A DNA stretch of 61,086 bases, filler included, from Rhabdomonas costata (lineage: Eukaryota): NCBI GenBank assembly GCA_019059605.1. It is 18 parts of 18 records of this genome, joined end to end, with 100 filler letters (N's around TTAATTAATTAA, not from the genome) between each part and the next. Parts side by side here need not be neighbours in the genome. Positions count along the whole stretch, not along the records: positions 30,746 to 34,028 come from JAHMHO010001063.1; positions 34,129 to 37,415 come from JAHMHO010001064.1; positions 37,516 to 40,798 come from JAHMHO010001065.1; positions 40,899 to 44,181 come from JAHMHO010001066.1; positions 44,282 to 47,565 come from JAHMHO010001067.1; 13 more parts are not named here. One strand, written 5' to 3'. Under the pieces are notes generated by a model. The model made no database searches. It had not been told where the DNA came from and saw only the letters and a program-made list of their open reading frames with translations. Both the position numbers and the translations under genes were made by a program. Positions 33,322 to 46,760 of the stretch are shown in pieces (the first letter of the stretch is position 1; every line of letters starts with the position of its first letter).

Positions 33322-35059
33322 GGCCAATTTAAAAAACGATGGGCGCTTGTGAGAAGAGCGAAGGGACAGGGCCACATTAAAAAAAGTAAATGGCACACTG
33401 GAGCGGCGGGCTGCACGACACTTATGGCATACTTCCCAAACTGAAAACCAGACCGAAAGGTTGTGGTGGCATTGTGAAGTCTTTCGCAGAATGGATGTTT
33501 GATAAACGCCGATGCTCGGCAATTGAATGGACCCAAAATGCGGTTTCCGTTCACTAGACAGAGCTCACAGCAAGGGACAAAATGCCTAAAGAGAATCGAA
33601 TCCTGAGCGACATTCCTGTTGGTTTTGGTTGAAACCACAGCTGGGGTTGGCCCCGACCCAGGCCCACTATCTCACCCCCAATTCCTGCAGACACAAAAGA
33701 CCACCACAGAGCAAAGCCAGGGGTTTAGGCTCCGGGGGGAGGGGAACAGCACACAGAACGAACGGGCACAAAAACCCAATGAGCGAGCGCCGCTGAAGAG
33801 CACACCCTTTCAACTCAAACCACCGTCTGCCCAACGGCCCAGGGCAGGCCCTTTGGGAAGGCAAGAGAACGCACGACCATCGAAAGAGGCGTTCCGCTCA
33901 CACCATGTGTGGGCTGACCGCGAGGGACACACGTACAAGCACACACACATATCGAATCTGATAAAAAACCATTTCCCCCCAATAGGGATGGGAGGGGGAA
34001 CGCTCAAGCAAGATAGTGACCACCAAAANNNNNNNNNNNNNNNNNNNNNNNNNNNNNNNNNNNNNNNNNNNNTTAATTAATTAANNNNNNNNNNNNNNNN
34101 NNNNNNNNNNNNNNNNNNNNNNNNNNNNTTTGTTTCGGATCACTATTTCCATTATTTTACTTTGGTACTACGGCAAAACCCCCAAGCGGCAGCGTTACAA
34201 ACGCCGCCGCTTCATACCGCCACCGCAACCGAAGCCTAGCCACAAGCCGCCCGAGCCGGTCGGTTCATATTCGACCCTCCCCCACTGCGTGTCCATCACG
34301 TCATAATGTGATTCATGCAATCACTCTGTCTGATCCATGGTTCGTGGGGGCCCGTTTTTTTTGCCCGTCCCACGGCGTGTTCATCACTCCCTATAGGCAG
34401 ATAATATCAGTAGAAAAATGGCGCTGTTTTGGAACGCCCTGTTTGCACCGTTGTCTAAGGTTGGTCCGGCGTCCCACCACATTTCACGCCAATTTTCGTT
34501 TACTAGAGGCCAGTTTCAATTGTGGACCACCCCGTAGTCGATAAAATTCTCCACGGACAAGTTTGCAAGTTGATCAACATCCTCGAAGTCAACGCCGACA
34601 AAATTAGGACTTTCAGTAGAACTTCACGACAGTGTTGCTTGCAAACGTTCAAAAGATACCGCAAACGCCCCATAAAATTCCCCATATCCAGCGCATTTGC
34701 CACAAAAAACCCACACTTCCACCGGTTGGACTGTAAACTGTCGACATTTTTGGTTTGGCTGCCACACATCTAAAAGATTTGAGGTGTCAAAGCGACTCGA
34801 AGGCCATCAGATTCTCCAGATTGGAAATTGTGGTAGGAGGGTAATGCCACTTTGCTGTTACACCTGTCGCCGTTTGTCTTAGCATTTAGACAACGCGTAT
34901 GGAAGAGTTGTACACTCTGCAGATGATCGGCATTGATGCTAACACTTTACCTGATCAGATGGAAACAGATCAAGACGTTTATGGCTAACTTTCAAATCCG
35001 AGACCTATGGTCCCAAAGTAGTCCCGTGGGTGCACTACGGTATCAACTCACAGGGGCAG

Positions 35060-35400
35060 TACAACCCATTTGGTGCTTCCAACGTGGAAACACAAAATGG
35101 GTGCCAAATCACCTCTGGAACGATACATGGGGTTTTACGAGGTCCACGGTTTTTGATAAAGGCGGTGGAACGTGACCTCTGAGAGACGATATATTACCAG
35201 TAATTGTGCAAGTATCGTTAAGAGGACAGAGGTGGAGGAAAACAACCTTCTGGAACTAGATATTGCCGTTCAGCATCACCAGGTCTGTTTTTTTTGGATG
35301 TCGTTTTCCACGAATAAAGTTGTCTGCTTGAATTGTTCCCAGAGCGGCAATTATGCGAGCGCCTGTCCAGAGCTTCATGGAACACAAACCAGCAGTAGCT
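35060..35400 (+). mobile_element. Decayed gag/ORF1-like remnant with zinc knuckle
   Basis: CLNCSQSGNYASAC at 35325-35366 fits CX2CX4(H)X4C with H replaced by N; surrounding ORFs are broken. Confidence 0.4.
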
Positions 35401-37912
35401 AGTGAACCACCAAGCACAGCAAGATAGACAGATTGTTCCACAGCTCTCCCGCATTGTCCGCCAGTTCATAGGACACCTACAATAGTGGTGGCGTAGGTTA
35501 GTGTCTTCCTCCAATCTTGTTCCAACTGTAATAACCTGCGCCTTTCTAATACATGTCATCCAGTACCAATGGTAACACCCACCAACACGGCAGTCACATG
35601 AACACAGAAAACGTTTTCATGCCTGCAATTCTGTGCGCAAGTCTGACTCTATACTGTGTATGAAACAACAACCTTAATTCAACAGGCATACGTTAACGTA
35701 GTCAATGTTTCTCTTAAAGAGTATTCAAATTTCATTCAATTTTATCCACACGTATCCCAATGCCAGGGTTTTACAAATTTCAATATAACTTCAAAATTCT
35801 TTTCCATTGCAACTGCTCAACTTCATCATTGCAAAATTCATTCCTATTGACTTTGTCCTGCGATGATATTTCATCAAACTCCCCTTTTCTTGAAGTTTAT
35901 CCATTATGAACTTTTTCTGCCATTTTCTGCTCTATTCTACTGCTTTTCCAGTGCAGTATCCCCTTCCTTCTCCTTTTATCAAGGATGCTACCGAGCCTCT
36001 TCCTCAGTTGGCTCTCAGTGTGGGTTGTCCTTCTCTTTACACATTGTGCACTTTCCCAAAACTCGCCACACATGCTGTGAGATGCATGCCTTCTGCCTTT
36101 TTTCTGGATGTTTTGTCTTTTTTGCCACGCGCGCGTCCGCTTCACGGTGCTACTCTAATCGCCCCAGTCAACTGTGAAACACGACTTTGGATTACTGTCA
36201 CACACCGTCTATCCGCCGAGCCTCTTACGTTCCTCCTACCTCTAGCGGGTCGTCGTGGCTTTGGGCTCCGCTTCTGACAGCCTGTATCCCAACTTAGCTT
36301 TCACCAAGTTGGCGCTGCCGCGTTTTACCTGGGTGGAAACACCAAGAACGAGGCTGATTTTATCACAATCCATGTCTTGCTTCCTCTCTTTGTGCACTGC
36401 GGTTCTGTCGCCGCAGCGTGGGCTATATCTTTGGTTCCTGGCTTGGGTGTGTGTGGCGTCGGGTCTGCTCCGCGCTTGCTTGCTCTAGCTGGCTGGGGGA
36501 GGTGGCTCTTTTAGCTGATGCGGGTACGGGGTATTGGGCAAAATGTGTGGTTTAGCTGGACTTCTATTGCTGTGAATTCTGCTGGCTGTTCATTTCAAAG
36601 GCCTTTAATTTCGAAGGTTACGCTGGGATGTGGGGTCCTGGAGGTCTTGCCTCTACCCAGCCGTCCGATTACGTCTTTCCCACCCAAAAACAAGGCAAGC
36701 AAGAAGGGAACGGCACCAAAACACAGCACAGTGGAAAGTGAGAAGGTTCAGATCTCATCTTTTAGCCCTGACTCGCCTTTACTTCGCTTTAGCCTGGATC
36801 TGCTGAGCTTTTTAGCTGTAACATGTAAAATTGGTGAACAGCTTTCAATTTACAACCCAAAAATACCACAAAAACTAAACTATACCCAATCAAACTCAAC
36901 CAAAAATTATCCGACTTCAGACGCCGGTTTCCAGAAATTTTATCGAGATCACTTTCCTTTTCTCTTGAAATCGGCGTTGAGTAACACAGACTTGTTCCTC
37001 TTTCAATTATCCATCTCCTATTCGTGAAATTCTTCCAAATGCAGGATCTTCTCCAAATGCAGGATTCTTCTTGTCGATCCTGGCTTGGCAAAAACACAAC
37101 AAACTCGGGCACATGCACATCGATGATTGCTTTCATTCTCGTAAGCCTTTATCTCCACCTTCTCTTCTATAATCCTCTCTTTAGCTTGGCATTCTGTTTA
37201 CCCATTGTCTTGCCTCAAGCCTTTCCAGTCTATTTGAGCGCCTTTCTTCTTATATCTCGGGTACGCTTTATCTCTTCTCATCTCTGCTTGTTGGCTGCTC
37301 TCATTTCTCCTGTGCCTTTCGCTTGCCGTGCCTTCCTTTCCTTTTCAGCCTTTTACACCTTCCTACCCAATTATTTCTCTCACTGTGGGTCTTGCCCTTC
37401 TCTCCCTCCGTTTCGNNNNNNNNNNNNNNNNNNNNNNNNNNNNNNNNNNNNNNNNNNNNTTAATTAATTAANNNNNNNNNNNNNNNNNNNNNNNNNNNNN
37501 NNNNNNNNNNNNNNNGTTGGGTGTGTGTGACGCTCGTTGCTCTCATGTGCAGGCTTGTTTCGTTGAAGAAGTCCCCCTTTGTTTTCTTTTGGAACCCGAA
37601 ATCAATCGCACACTTCAGAAAGCACTGAACGAACGATTTTCTTGCTTTTTGCGTGAGGGATTGGTCTTTTTTGTGGAGGAGCGTCAAACGGTATGCCGTC
37701 GTTTGTACGTTATGACGGTGTTACACGCCGAGGACAAACCTAGGTTCGTATTGACATGCATCGCGAAGGCCCAGATTCGCGCCCCAGAGAACAATCGTGT
37801 CTTTTTTTTTACCCTGCACAAACGCCGATGGTCCCGAGGAATATGCAGTATGATTTTCCAAGTAGCTGCTTAAAATGCTTGCGGCGAATGTCGTGGTGTT
37901 TGGTGTGCGCAG

Positions 37913-40416
37913 GGGCTGACCCGGATGGCTCGGTCCCAGACAAAGAGAAGATTCACCCTCTTACGAGGGCGAGGGCGCTGAGGGCGAAGCGTCGTCGCAT
38001 TCAGTTGGGCGAGGACAGTGGAAATGGCACCATAGGTCTTCCCCTCAGCCTTGCACACGCTGACCGTTTATTTCTTTCCGGACGATGGCCCGGTCTTCGT
38101 TTGTTTGCTTGCTTGGTTGTGTTTGTGCTTGCTTTTGTGTTTGTGTCCTGTGTCCTTTGCCCTGTGTCCTGTGCTCTGGTGATGAGCGCCAGGGACGGCG
38201 CCGCGGGCTCTCCGTAGTAGTAGTAGTAGTAGATGTCCTGTGGATCCCAGGGGGAAGAAGATTTGAAGATAGACCACCCAGCGATAAGCAGACTGGGCCA
38301 GCGCAGAGGGTTGGAGCTCAGCGCAGTTTAAGCAGCCCGAGAGCATTTGAAATCCCTCTGGAGGTAAGAAAGACGTCCACCAAAACAATGCTCTGTGCAC
38401 GAAGTGTGTAGTGTTTAGTGTCTTCTTTTTTGTGTGCGCACGCTCCTGATCAACTGTCGGGATTTTAACCCCACTGGTCACAAGCAAGCAGCCAGCGATA
38501 ATGAAATAGGGGGTGTGACGTGTATGTGTGTGTGGGGAGATAACCTCAAGCGATATCGAGCCTTTTTACAATGATGGCGTTGTACGCCGATGTGCGTGTC
38601 GACGTCGCTGGGCTGGTGGTGTGGAGGTAATCCTCACCTCTACGTTGGTGGGCACCTTACGCGGAGGCGGAAGCAATCGTCAAGACCGGTCGTGACCCTC
38701 ATTTTTGAGTTCCGTTGTCACCCGCGATAAATACGGATCCAAAACCTCGCTCCAGGCAACAAACGTATTCTTTTCTACGAAAAGCGTGACCATTGCCTGT
38801 GCCTCCGGTCGGAAGGTGTGTGCGGAGCGCCTTTCTTACTTCAGACCAGCGAATCGCTAAGTTTTCGGTGCAGCTTGCCTGGTTTTATAATTTTTGTCCT
38901 GTGACTGCATGGCTTGCCGTGGGGTGACGCGGTATGCGCAGGAACCGACGAGGATCTCTCGGTCCCAGACAAAGAGGAGGGCAACCAGGCTGATGTGAGC
39001 ACGAGGGATTGCATTGGTTTCACGTCCCCTCGTTCACAGCACCAAACTGCAGCAGTGTGAGCTGTCCCGAAAGCACGGTTCTCCTCGCGAATGCCACGCA
39101 GAAGTACTGCTCCAACAAGACCGGCGCGTGCTCGGAGGAGGAGTGCTGCGTCCCTGGTACGCTTTGATGTGTGTTTGCATCCCTGGAACCGCGGTTTACT
39201 TTTTGGTTGAGGATTCTCAAGAACCACTGCCCATCATCGTCGGGATGCACCGGACCCCGAGAAGTCGGCATTTAGCGGGAGAAAGGTTGAAATCCCGGTG
39301 GAGGTCGTTTCATCATGTCTTGTCCACGGAGTTTATGTGTATTTGGGTTGCCTCACCCACGAAAAAAGATCAAGGTGGTTATCCCCCAGCTCAGATGAAC
39401 ATATGCGACCCATTTCAAAGCGCCCTGGGGAAGGAAGGCGGTGTGGGGTTTGCGGTTATGTGGTGGAGCGGCCAAGTTGCCGGAGAAGATTCAAAGCCCG
39501 CTGGAGGTTGAAAAAATTCTCACCGAAGCAGTACATCGGGAGAGAGAGAAATTGGCGGGGATGAAGGGAATGAACTTGGGTGAGCTCATATATAACATGT
39601 TGCCTTGGGGGTTGTGGGTTGTGGGAAAAAGGCTCGTCCCCCATTCTGGTGTGCTGCTGCATAACGATTAGTTATACGGTGCGATAATGATTGATTAATG
39701 ATTATTGCTGTGACACAGCGATGCCTAGGGTGCAGGAGAGACCTCGAGAAGTTTCCTGGCTTCAAGATAGATCTTTTGTCCCTTCGTTGTATGCCCGTGA
39801 GTGAAAAGAGGGCTTTTCCCCACGTCTGCTCGTGGTGGTGGTGGTGGTGGTGGTGGGTTATCTCTTGGCAGCTCCCACATGTGATACGATGCCTCCTGGG
39901 TCGTGCCCGTGGAGGACGCTAAGGTGGATCAATCCATCCTATCCGTACTGCAGGTCCAGCGTATGCACTGCGAACGACTGCTGCAGACCCGGTATTTGCC
40001 AAGAGCAAGGCAGCGGTGCTGCCTCGTTTCCTCCTTGTTCTCCGTACCCAGTGACTTGCTTTTGACGTCTGTCCCGCATTACTCGGGGGTTCGGCGTGCT
40101 TCAGCCATCCAAAACATCTGCCGTTCGGCAGCTATGCTGCGGCCAATGTGGGATGTGGTGTATCGCTTTGGGATGAGGGATGAGTTGGAAGTTAATGGCA
40201 GCACTGAAGGGAAATGGAAATGGTTGCAGCCCCCCCACTGCCGCCCTCGCAGAAGCTGCCGGTTTTCTGTCGCATCATTGTTGCTTTCTCCCTTTCATTC
40301 AGCTCCAACCTGTGACACAGTGGTCTCGTGCCCGCGGTACCAATTGCACCGCTACAATCCCTCTTCGATCGTCTGCCGCAGTTGGGTCTGCACCTTTGAG
40401 GAGTGCTGCTTCCAAG
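37913..40416 (+). CDS. Cys-rich modular extracellular protein; exons include 37913-38035, 39040-39156, 39872-39991, 40303-40416
   Basis: Three AG/GT-bounded phase 1-1 exons, each encoding P[TN]C-x4-7-CP-x13-C-x4-6-C-x4-CC. Confidence 0.75.
38215..38233. repeat. (TAG)n microsatellite; (GGT)n at 39832-39856
   Basis: Direct inspection. Confidence 0.85.
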
Positions 40417-40900
40417 GTGTGCGGGAATGCAAGGATGTGAAGAATAAAAGGAAGGTGGGCCGGTACAGGACGTTCTCCTGGGCTTTCAGGCATGAATCCA
40501 ATCGACCCCCCAAAATAGCAATGGGACCCGAAAAAATGCCTCTTCGACAAACCGAAGCATTCGTGCCCACTCCGGTGCCAGCGTAAGTATTCCTGGGTTC
40601 TTTTCCTAGGTATAATAAGCAGGCTCGATCGACAGCTTGGGCTCCATGTTTAGGCTTGCAAAGGCCCAAAACCTGGCTGAACAGCGCAGACCGACTTTCG
40701 GATGCTCGCATCAATTTCAACGTAACTTCACACAAGGTTTCTCAGTGGAACGTGAACTAAAATAACAGCGACACCCAGAGCCAAGTTTCCACCAACAANN
40801 NNNNNNNNNNNNNNNNNNNNNNNNNNNNNNNNNNNNNNNNNNTTAATTAATTAANNNNNNNNNNNNNNNNNNNNNNNNNNNNNNNNNNNNNNNNNNNNGT

Positions 40901-41086
40901 GTTGTTGGAGAGAAGCATTGTTTCCTCCCCCTTGATACACAACTCTTTGGAATTCGAAGTTTTGTTTCTCCTGTGGGGTACAATAGTAAAGCTATGCCAC
41001 ACATTTTCCCCCACAGGAGAAACAAAACTTCGAATTCCAAAGAGTTGTGTATCAAGGTGGAGGAAACAATGCTTCTCTTCAACAAC
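40901..41086. repeat. Contig-terminal inverted repeat (78-bp arms, 30-nt loop); probable fold-back chimera
   Basis: Arms are reverse complements with two mismatches and start at the contig edge. Confidence 0.9.
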
Positions 41087-41295
41087 GATTCTCATTTCCA
41101 AATAAACGCCATTTCCACCAATAACACCACAATCTCCCACCGATGACCTTTAGGGGGGACTTAAAATAGTGTGCGGAGCGGGGGTACAGTGGTCTTTTCT
41201 ACATGAAGATCCAGCTGCTTTCTGGCTTTGTTATGGCTGCTCGCAGCAAACAGTACCATGCCACCTGGTACCACACCACAAAGACATGCACACAC

Positions 41296-43029
41296 CGTTG
41301 ACATCGGAGCCATAAACGGAACTCTTCCTAGCAGCAGACCTCAAGCCCTTCTCCACAGCTTCTGTGAGAAAAACAGAGAAATTTCACGGCCAGTGACCGC
41401 TTCTTTTAGACATAAGCAAGGATCTCAGGTGACACGCAGGCAGTGCGTGCCAAGGGTTTGCAGTCCTCAACGCCCAAGGGCTACAGTGCCCCCTAAACCG
41501 TTATTCACAAAATCAGGCGTTATCACAACCTCAACACAGAGTCAGGCAAAACGTAACTCAAAGGCTATCCAGCAGGGGGAATAAACAGGGCCCATGCGGC
41601 ACCTGTGGATCCAGGCCGAGCAACACAGACGATGGGAGGCGAGCAGACATGGTTCCACAGGCAGTACTTCTCCACATAGTCGGTCCCGAAGACGGCAAAG
41701 ACGTGAATCGAGTGACCCGGAAACCTGCGGTAATGTATTGCTCCATAATGAATCTGGACTTTGACTCAACTGGATTTTGCATGCAACATCAAAGAGTCAA
41801 GCAACTTCGTCATTGCGCATATCTCTCCCATCCAAAATGCTGAAGTACAATCACAGATCAAATCACAAAAAAATTCCGACCCGTCCCCATAGAAAACCAT
41901 ACAGCACTGCAATGCAGCAAATCGGAAGGGCAGCCAAGCAATGGACAACAAAGGAACAGAATCGCAGACATACATAGGACTGAGGTGTTGCCGCAACATG
42001 TTGCAGATGCGTGTGGCAGAGGCCATGCCACAGGGAGAGACCGCCAGCCATTCGGAATCTTCCACGGCTTGCTCACACATGGCGACACGGTGGGTCAAGG
42101 ACATAGCCTCGCTTCTCAGTTTTGCTGAAGGGTGATACCCACATTCATCCAGGTCAACGTTGGTCACAGAGGCAAGACGAAGAATCCAAAGCAACGGAGA
42201 AAAGCTGTGTCACCCGGTCAAAACTAAACTGGATAATGGGCAATGAAGCCAATCCAGCCAATCCAACGCTTCGACAGAGAATTGTGCTGCAATACCGGTT
42301 TGGGCGTTGAGTTAGACATGGCGCACGTCATGTTAGCAGAGTTAGCAGAAGCAATAATTCTGGAAAAACTCAACCAGGCGCGATGTGGTGACCCTCATAA
42401 GGTCGTTTTAATGCCCGAAAAAGGCTATAAAAAAATTCCTGAAGCACCCCATAAAGTCGCGCGCCATGAGAGAAAACAAAGTCACTATGACAAAGTCACT
42501 ATGTCGCCTTTTCAGTGCTCCGTATCTGTTTCTAACAACCATGCTGTTCAAAAATGCAACCTTTTAACAGACACACCTTTTCCTATGGAAATATCGCTCG
42601 TGGGGTTAAAACGCCTCTTTTAGATTCCATCTCAAATAACTCTCACTTCTAAGGTGACGCGGGGAATATATTAGAGTTGAGGCACTTCCGCTAAAATGGT
42701 ATTGAATGAAAGTATCAGCGGAAGAAAACTTCTCAGCAGTCGTCACGAGCGAGGGCAAGCGCGAAGCGAGGCAAACCGCGGACATAGTCTTCGGATGACG
42801 GCACCAGGAAACCCCCGATCACGGCAAGGTTGGGCAGACAGGTCTGGAGATGTGTCAACGCAATTTCCATGATCTCCACGTGCATTTTATGCACCGGGTT
42901 CAGGGCGCCCGAAAGCACGAGGAAGACAAGCCCCCGCCTCTCAGAGACACCGTGATGGCCAAGGGCAGCCACCCTTTTGGAGAATTTCGCCTCGACTCTT
43001 TCGCTGAACGCCAGGCCTTTCCCAGCCAT
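41296..43029 (-). CDS. NMNAT/NadD-like nucleotidyltransferase; exons 43029-42777, 42124-41974, 41724-41603, 41361-41296; 3' end unresolved
   Basis: LVLSGALNPVHKMH (HxGH-type), VIGGFLVPS, HRVAMCEQAVEDSEWLAV, VFGTD, and IVCVARPG motifs; all introns GT-AG and phase-compatible. Confidence 0.85.
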
Positions 43030-44603
43030 TGTATGGCGGCGAAAACAACAGCTTCCGACGATGAAAGCTTCCACAAAGCAAGGGTTTGGCTTTATTTGGA
43101 AATCCCCGAAAGCCTTTGCTCGGGAAGACAATGCTAGGACCCCGAGCACAAGTAAAACTGGATGCGGAGCCCATGTTGTTTGGTGATGACCCGTGCCCGA
43201 GATGATAAGTTTCGCCATAGAACGATGCATGTCGTACGAAATCGTACAGAAATTTATTTGGTACGGTACGAACAATTGCAGCTCATGTGTACACGCGTCA
43301 AATGTTTACAAGAGGTTCAAGATGTGCTGTTAACTTATCAAGTTGTAATGTAAAAAAAACTCGTTTTCTCATGTGTAACGAGAAATTTGGAAACAACCGT
43401 ATTTCAAGTAATTTGGCCACAGTGGTTATACAGGGCTTTGGAAGGACAATGACAGGAACGCATGTGTCATTTCTTCACCTCAGGCCATTTCGAACCTAAG
43501 CATTGCACACCGGATCAAGAACCCTAAAAAAAAGCCCGCAAAATAATCACTGAAACCCTTGCACGACGAGCACGGTGAGAAAATAGCGATGTGAAAGTAG
43601 AGTGGCTGAATCACTGCACTCCACAAGAACCCCCTAATATAGATCCATCCAACTGCAGCACATAATGTACTCTGCAGCAGTGAATAAGTGGAGCGACCAT
43701 ACGATACATATTCGGGAGAGTTTTGGCCAAGTACATGAGGCACACATAAACACACACCGCAGAAAAGGCGAAGCAGGCTATGGGAATGAGACACCGTTCC
43801 GAAGCGGATACATTCCATCACGTTTTCTGTCGGAAGTGACACCGTCCACTGTCCACTGTCCACTCCACAGATGGACACATCCCTGTCCAGATCTTCACAG
43901 AGCTCCAATGATTCGTCGAAATAAAGCCAACAAGTGTAGTAAATGTGGGAGAGGGTCGCCTCATTGAGTTCCCGAAACACCCGCATGAATCTTCATTTCC
44001 AAAATGACCTTCACTACTGAAGAGCGGGGTCGCAAGCGTGCTTCAAACGAAAGAGACACATCGTAATCGCGGTGACCCAAATGCAGTGTTCTCGAAGTGG
44101 ACGTACTACGCCCAGGCGAATGAAATCGGTCCCTGCCCGAAGATCCCGCAATTCGACCTCGCTCTTCGGAAAAAACAAAACNNNNNNNNNNNNNNNNNNN
44201 NNNNNNNNNNNNNNNNNNNNNNNNNTTAATTAATTAANNNNNNNNNNNNNNNNNNNNNNNNNNNNNNNNNNNNNNNNNNNNGGTGGTTGTGTTAGATCCT
44301 GTAAAAGAAGGCAGGATTGTTGGAGCACGCTCAGTCTGATCACTTGCAGCAGCAGAAAGGGTAACCGCCCGTGACGCCAATTTCACACCACAACCAACCA
44401 TTCAGAAGTATTGTTGGATTTGGTGTGGGACACCCGGTACGTGTAAAAGCTGTTTTGTATTGAACATGTTTCTGGAATGAACAGGACAGAATCAGACAAA
44501 TAGCTCGGCAGTGGTACGGCACTCTCCTGCAGCGGTACACGACAGCTGTGCTGTACGGCGTTTATATAGAAGGGAGACGGAGTGGGTGTGGGGTTGACCG
44601 CAG

Positions 44604-46760
44604 CTAATCCGACATGCTCGAGCAGCGGCTTTGTGTGTCCGCCGGTGCTCTTGTCGGCGCCGGCGTCGGTGTGCTCCACACTGAGCTGCGCACAGGCCGA
44701 CTGCTGCACTGGTGTTTGCTTGTGTGTGTGTGTGTGTTGGTGGGTTGGAGGATGGATTGGTGAGGAAACAACACCCGAACGAGGGGAATGGCGTTCAAAT
44801 CTACAAGTTTTGCGACTGTGGCGACTTGAGGCAAACATGTCCCCATGCTTCACAGGAGAAGATCTGGTTGGGGTGTATGTTTTCTGATGGGTGAGGTAGT
44901 TTCCTGTTGATTGGAGGAACCCTGGACTCTCAGCTGGAACGAATGCAGGCGAAGGTGAATCAACGCGTCCCCAGATAATTTGTGACCTCACAAATCGCAC
45001 ATTAACTCCACTGCAGAATAGTATTGAGACTTAATTTAGGAGGACTTTTGCACTGGGATCAAACCGAGTTTTTACATGTGGCATTTTCAACTTTTTTTCG
45101 CTTTATATTCCCGCACGTCGTGAACTGGCCATCTAATGGTTGATTTCACTCAAATGTTGATACCTCTGCGATTCTGAACTTCACCCTTCATTTGCCGCAA
45201 GCCCCTTCCCCCCTTCCCACCCTGTCAACTTCTCCCTGCTCAATCCGCGCGCAGGGGCATTGTCCTCCATGGCCACCAGTATGGGCCGCGCCATTCTTCT
45301 CACGGTTTGTGCACCTCATTGTGGCCCGTGTGGGTGTTTGTGTGGTGGAGTGTTGGGACGTAGCCGAGCGCACCCCTCGTTTTGCCTACCACACACGCGC
45401 TGTGTGCAACCACACTGCACGTACAACGTTGCCCAGCGTTTTCTGTCGGTCTGGCCGTTTCCTAGACAGTAGTCTCACGTGTTTCGATAAGTGGAAAATT
45501 CTGGTCAACTGGCTTGAATTGGAGAGCGGGAGCGGAGTGACGTACTATGTGAAGTAATATGACGTTATCTGTTCTTCGTTAGTTCCGAGGATGACTGGCA
45601 AGGGGAAATTGCATCTTTGTGCTTGGGCTTGGGATGTCCAGGATTGTACCGCTGGGATCACCCAGCTGGAGTTCCGGCAGAACATTGCCAATGCCACGGG
45701 CATCCCGCTGGAGGTGTGCGGGTAATGGGTTTTACGTTAAACGGCCCCTCGGAAGAGAAACACGCTGGTCTTGTGTGCTTGGTCAGTCTTCAATCCTATT
45801 GCTATGATTGGAGGTTTCCGCAGAGATGCGCGTTTTTTTTTGGTTTTTCTCACCGCCCTATTTTGGTTTTCTTTGCGAAAACATTACGCACGGGCCGTGT
45901 GGATTGACACCATTCGTCATGTCAGAAGAGGACTGGGTGGTGCATTCTGGCTTTCAACTTGCACGTGCGCTGTAGACTGTAGACACACAGAGGCAGTCGT
46001 TTCATACTGTCTTAAAGCCGACTGTTTGTCCCCGCCTGACACCGGGCGAACGAATGAATGCTTGGCAAACACTGGCAAACGCTCCCCATGAGATTGGAAG
46101 TTCTCATGGGGGCTTGTTTTTGTGCGGTTTGGCAGCTCCGCCCGATTTCGTGAATTGTGTGTGCGTGAGCTTCGCCCAAAGAAACTTGTCACCAATTGGC
46201 GTTCCCATTGGCCAGAGCTGTACCCAGAATACGTTTTGAAATGCTTTTGCAAATCAGATTATAACGTTTTTGCCTTAAAATTGGATTTGTGGCAGTTTTT
46301 TCACAGGTGGTTTACGATCATAAGTTTATCCCGTGCAATCTGGAGTTCACCCGGAAGTGTCCACCGCGACATTCCTAAACCCATCTGACGTTTGTCGCAC
46401 ATCAGCCCAACGGCTCTGAAGATACTTTTGCTGATTTGTACCCTCGCACGGGATGCATGGAAACCAAGTCCAACGTATTGAAGGACTTACACGGCACTCG
46501 ACCCCCAACAGGCCATTGTTATTCTGCGGTGGGAATGCGCCTCCGTGTCAGTGGTGTTCACGGTGCTTGGGGCCACGGTGGCCCTGGCGGACTCTGGGCT
46601 TGTCGCAGCGCTGCAGGCCCTGCAGAACGGGAACGGAGGAGCCTCAGCGACTTCTGTTGTGACGATTGCCGCCGCGGATCTCAGCACCACTTCCACTACG
46701 ACAGCCACAGTCACCACTGCTTCTGCCCTCACTACAACCACCACGGGGGCGCCGTCGATG
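44604..46760 (+). CDS. Surface glycoprotein fragment: six-Cys module exon (44604-44711), SEA-like segment and Thr-rich mucin stretch
   Basis: ANPTCSSSGFVCPPVLLSAPASVCSTLSCAQADCCT; exon at about 45642-45713 DCTAGITQLEFRQNIANATGIPLE ending at GTGTGC; exon from about 46552 VVFTVLG...STTSTTTATVTTASALTTTTT. Full exon chain not resolved. Confidence 0.55.

Noticed and set aside
43480-43986. 168-aa ORF and similar unassigned ORFs (31076-31528, 51396-51659, 29932-30321)
   Set aside because: No recognisable motifs and no phase-consistent exon chain could be built; they may contain real exons but cannot be supported
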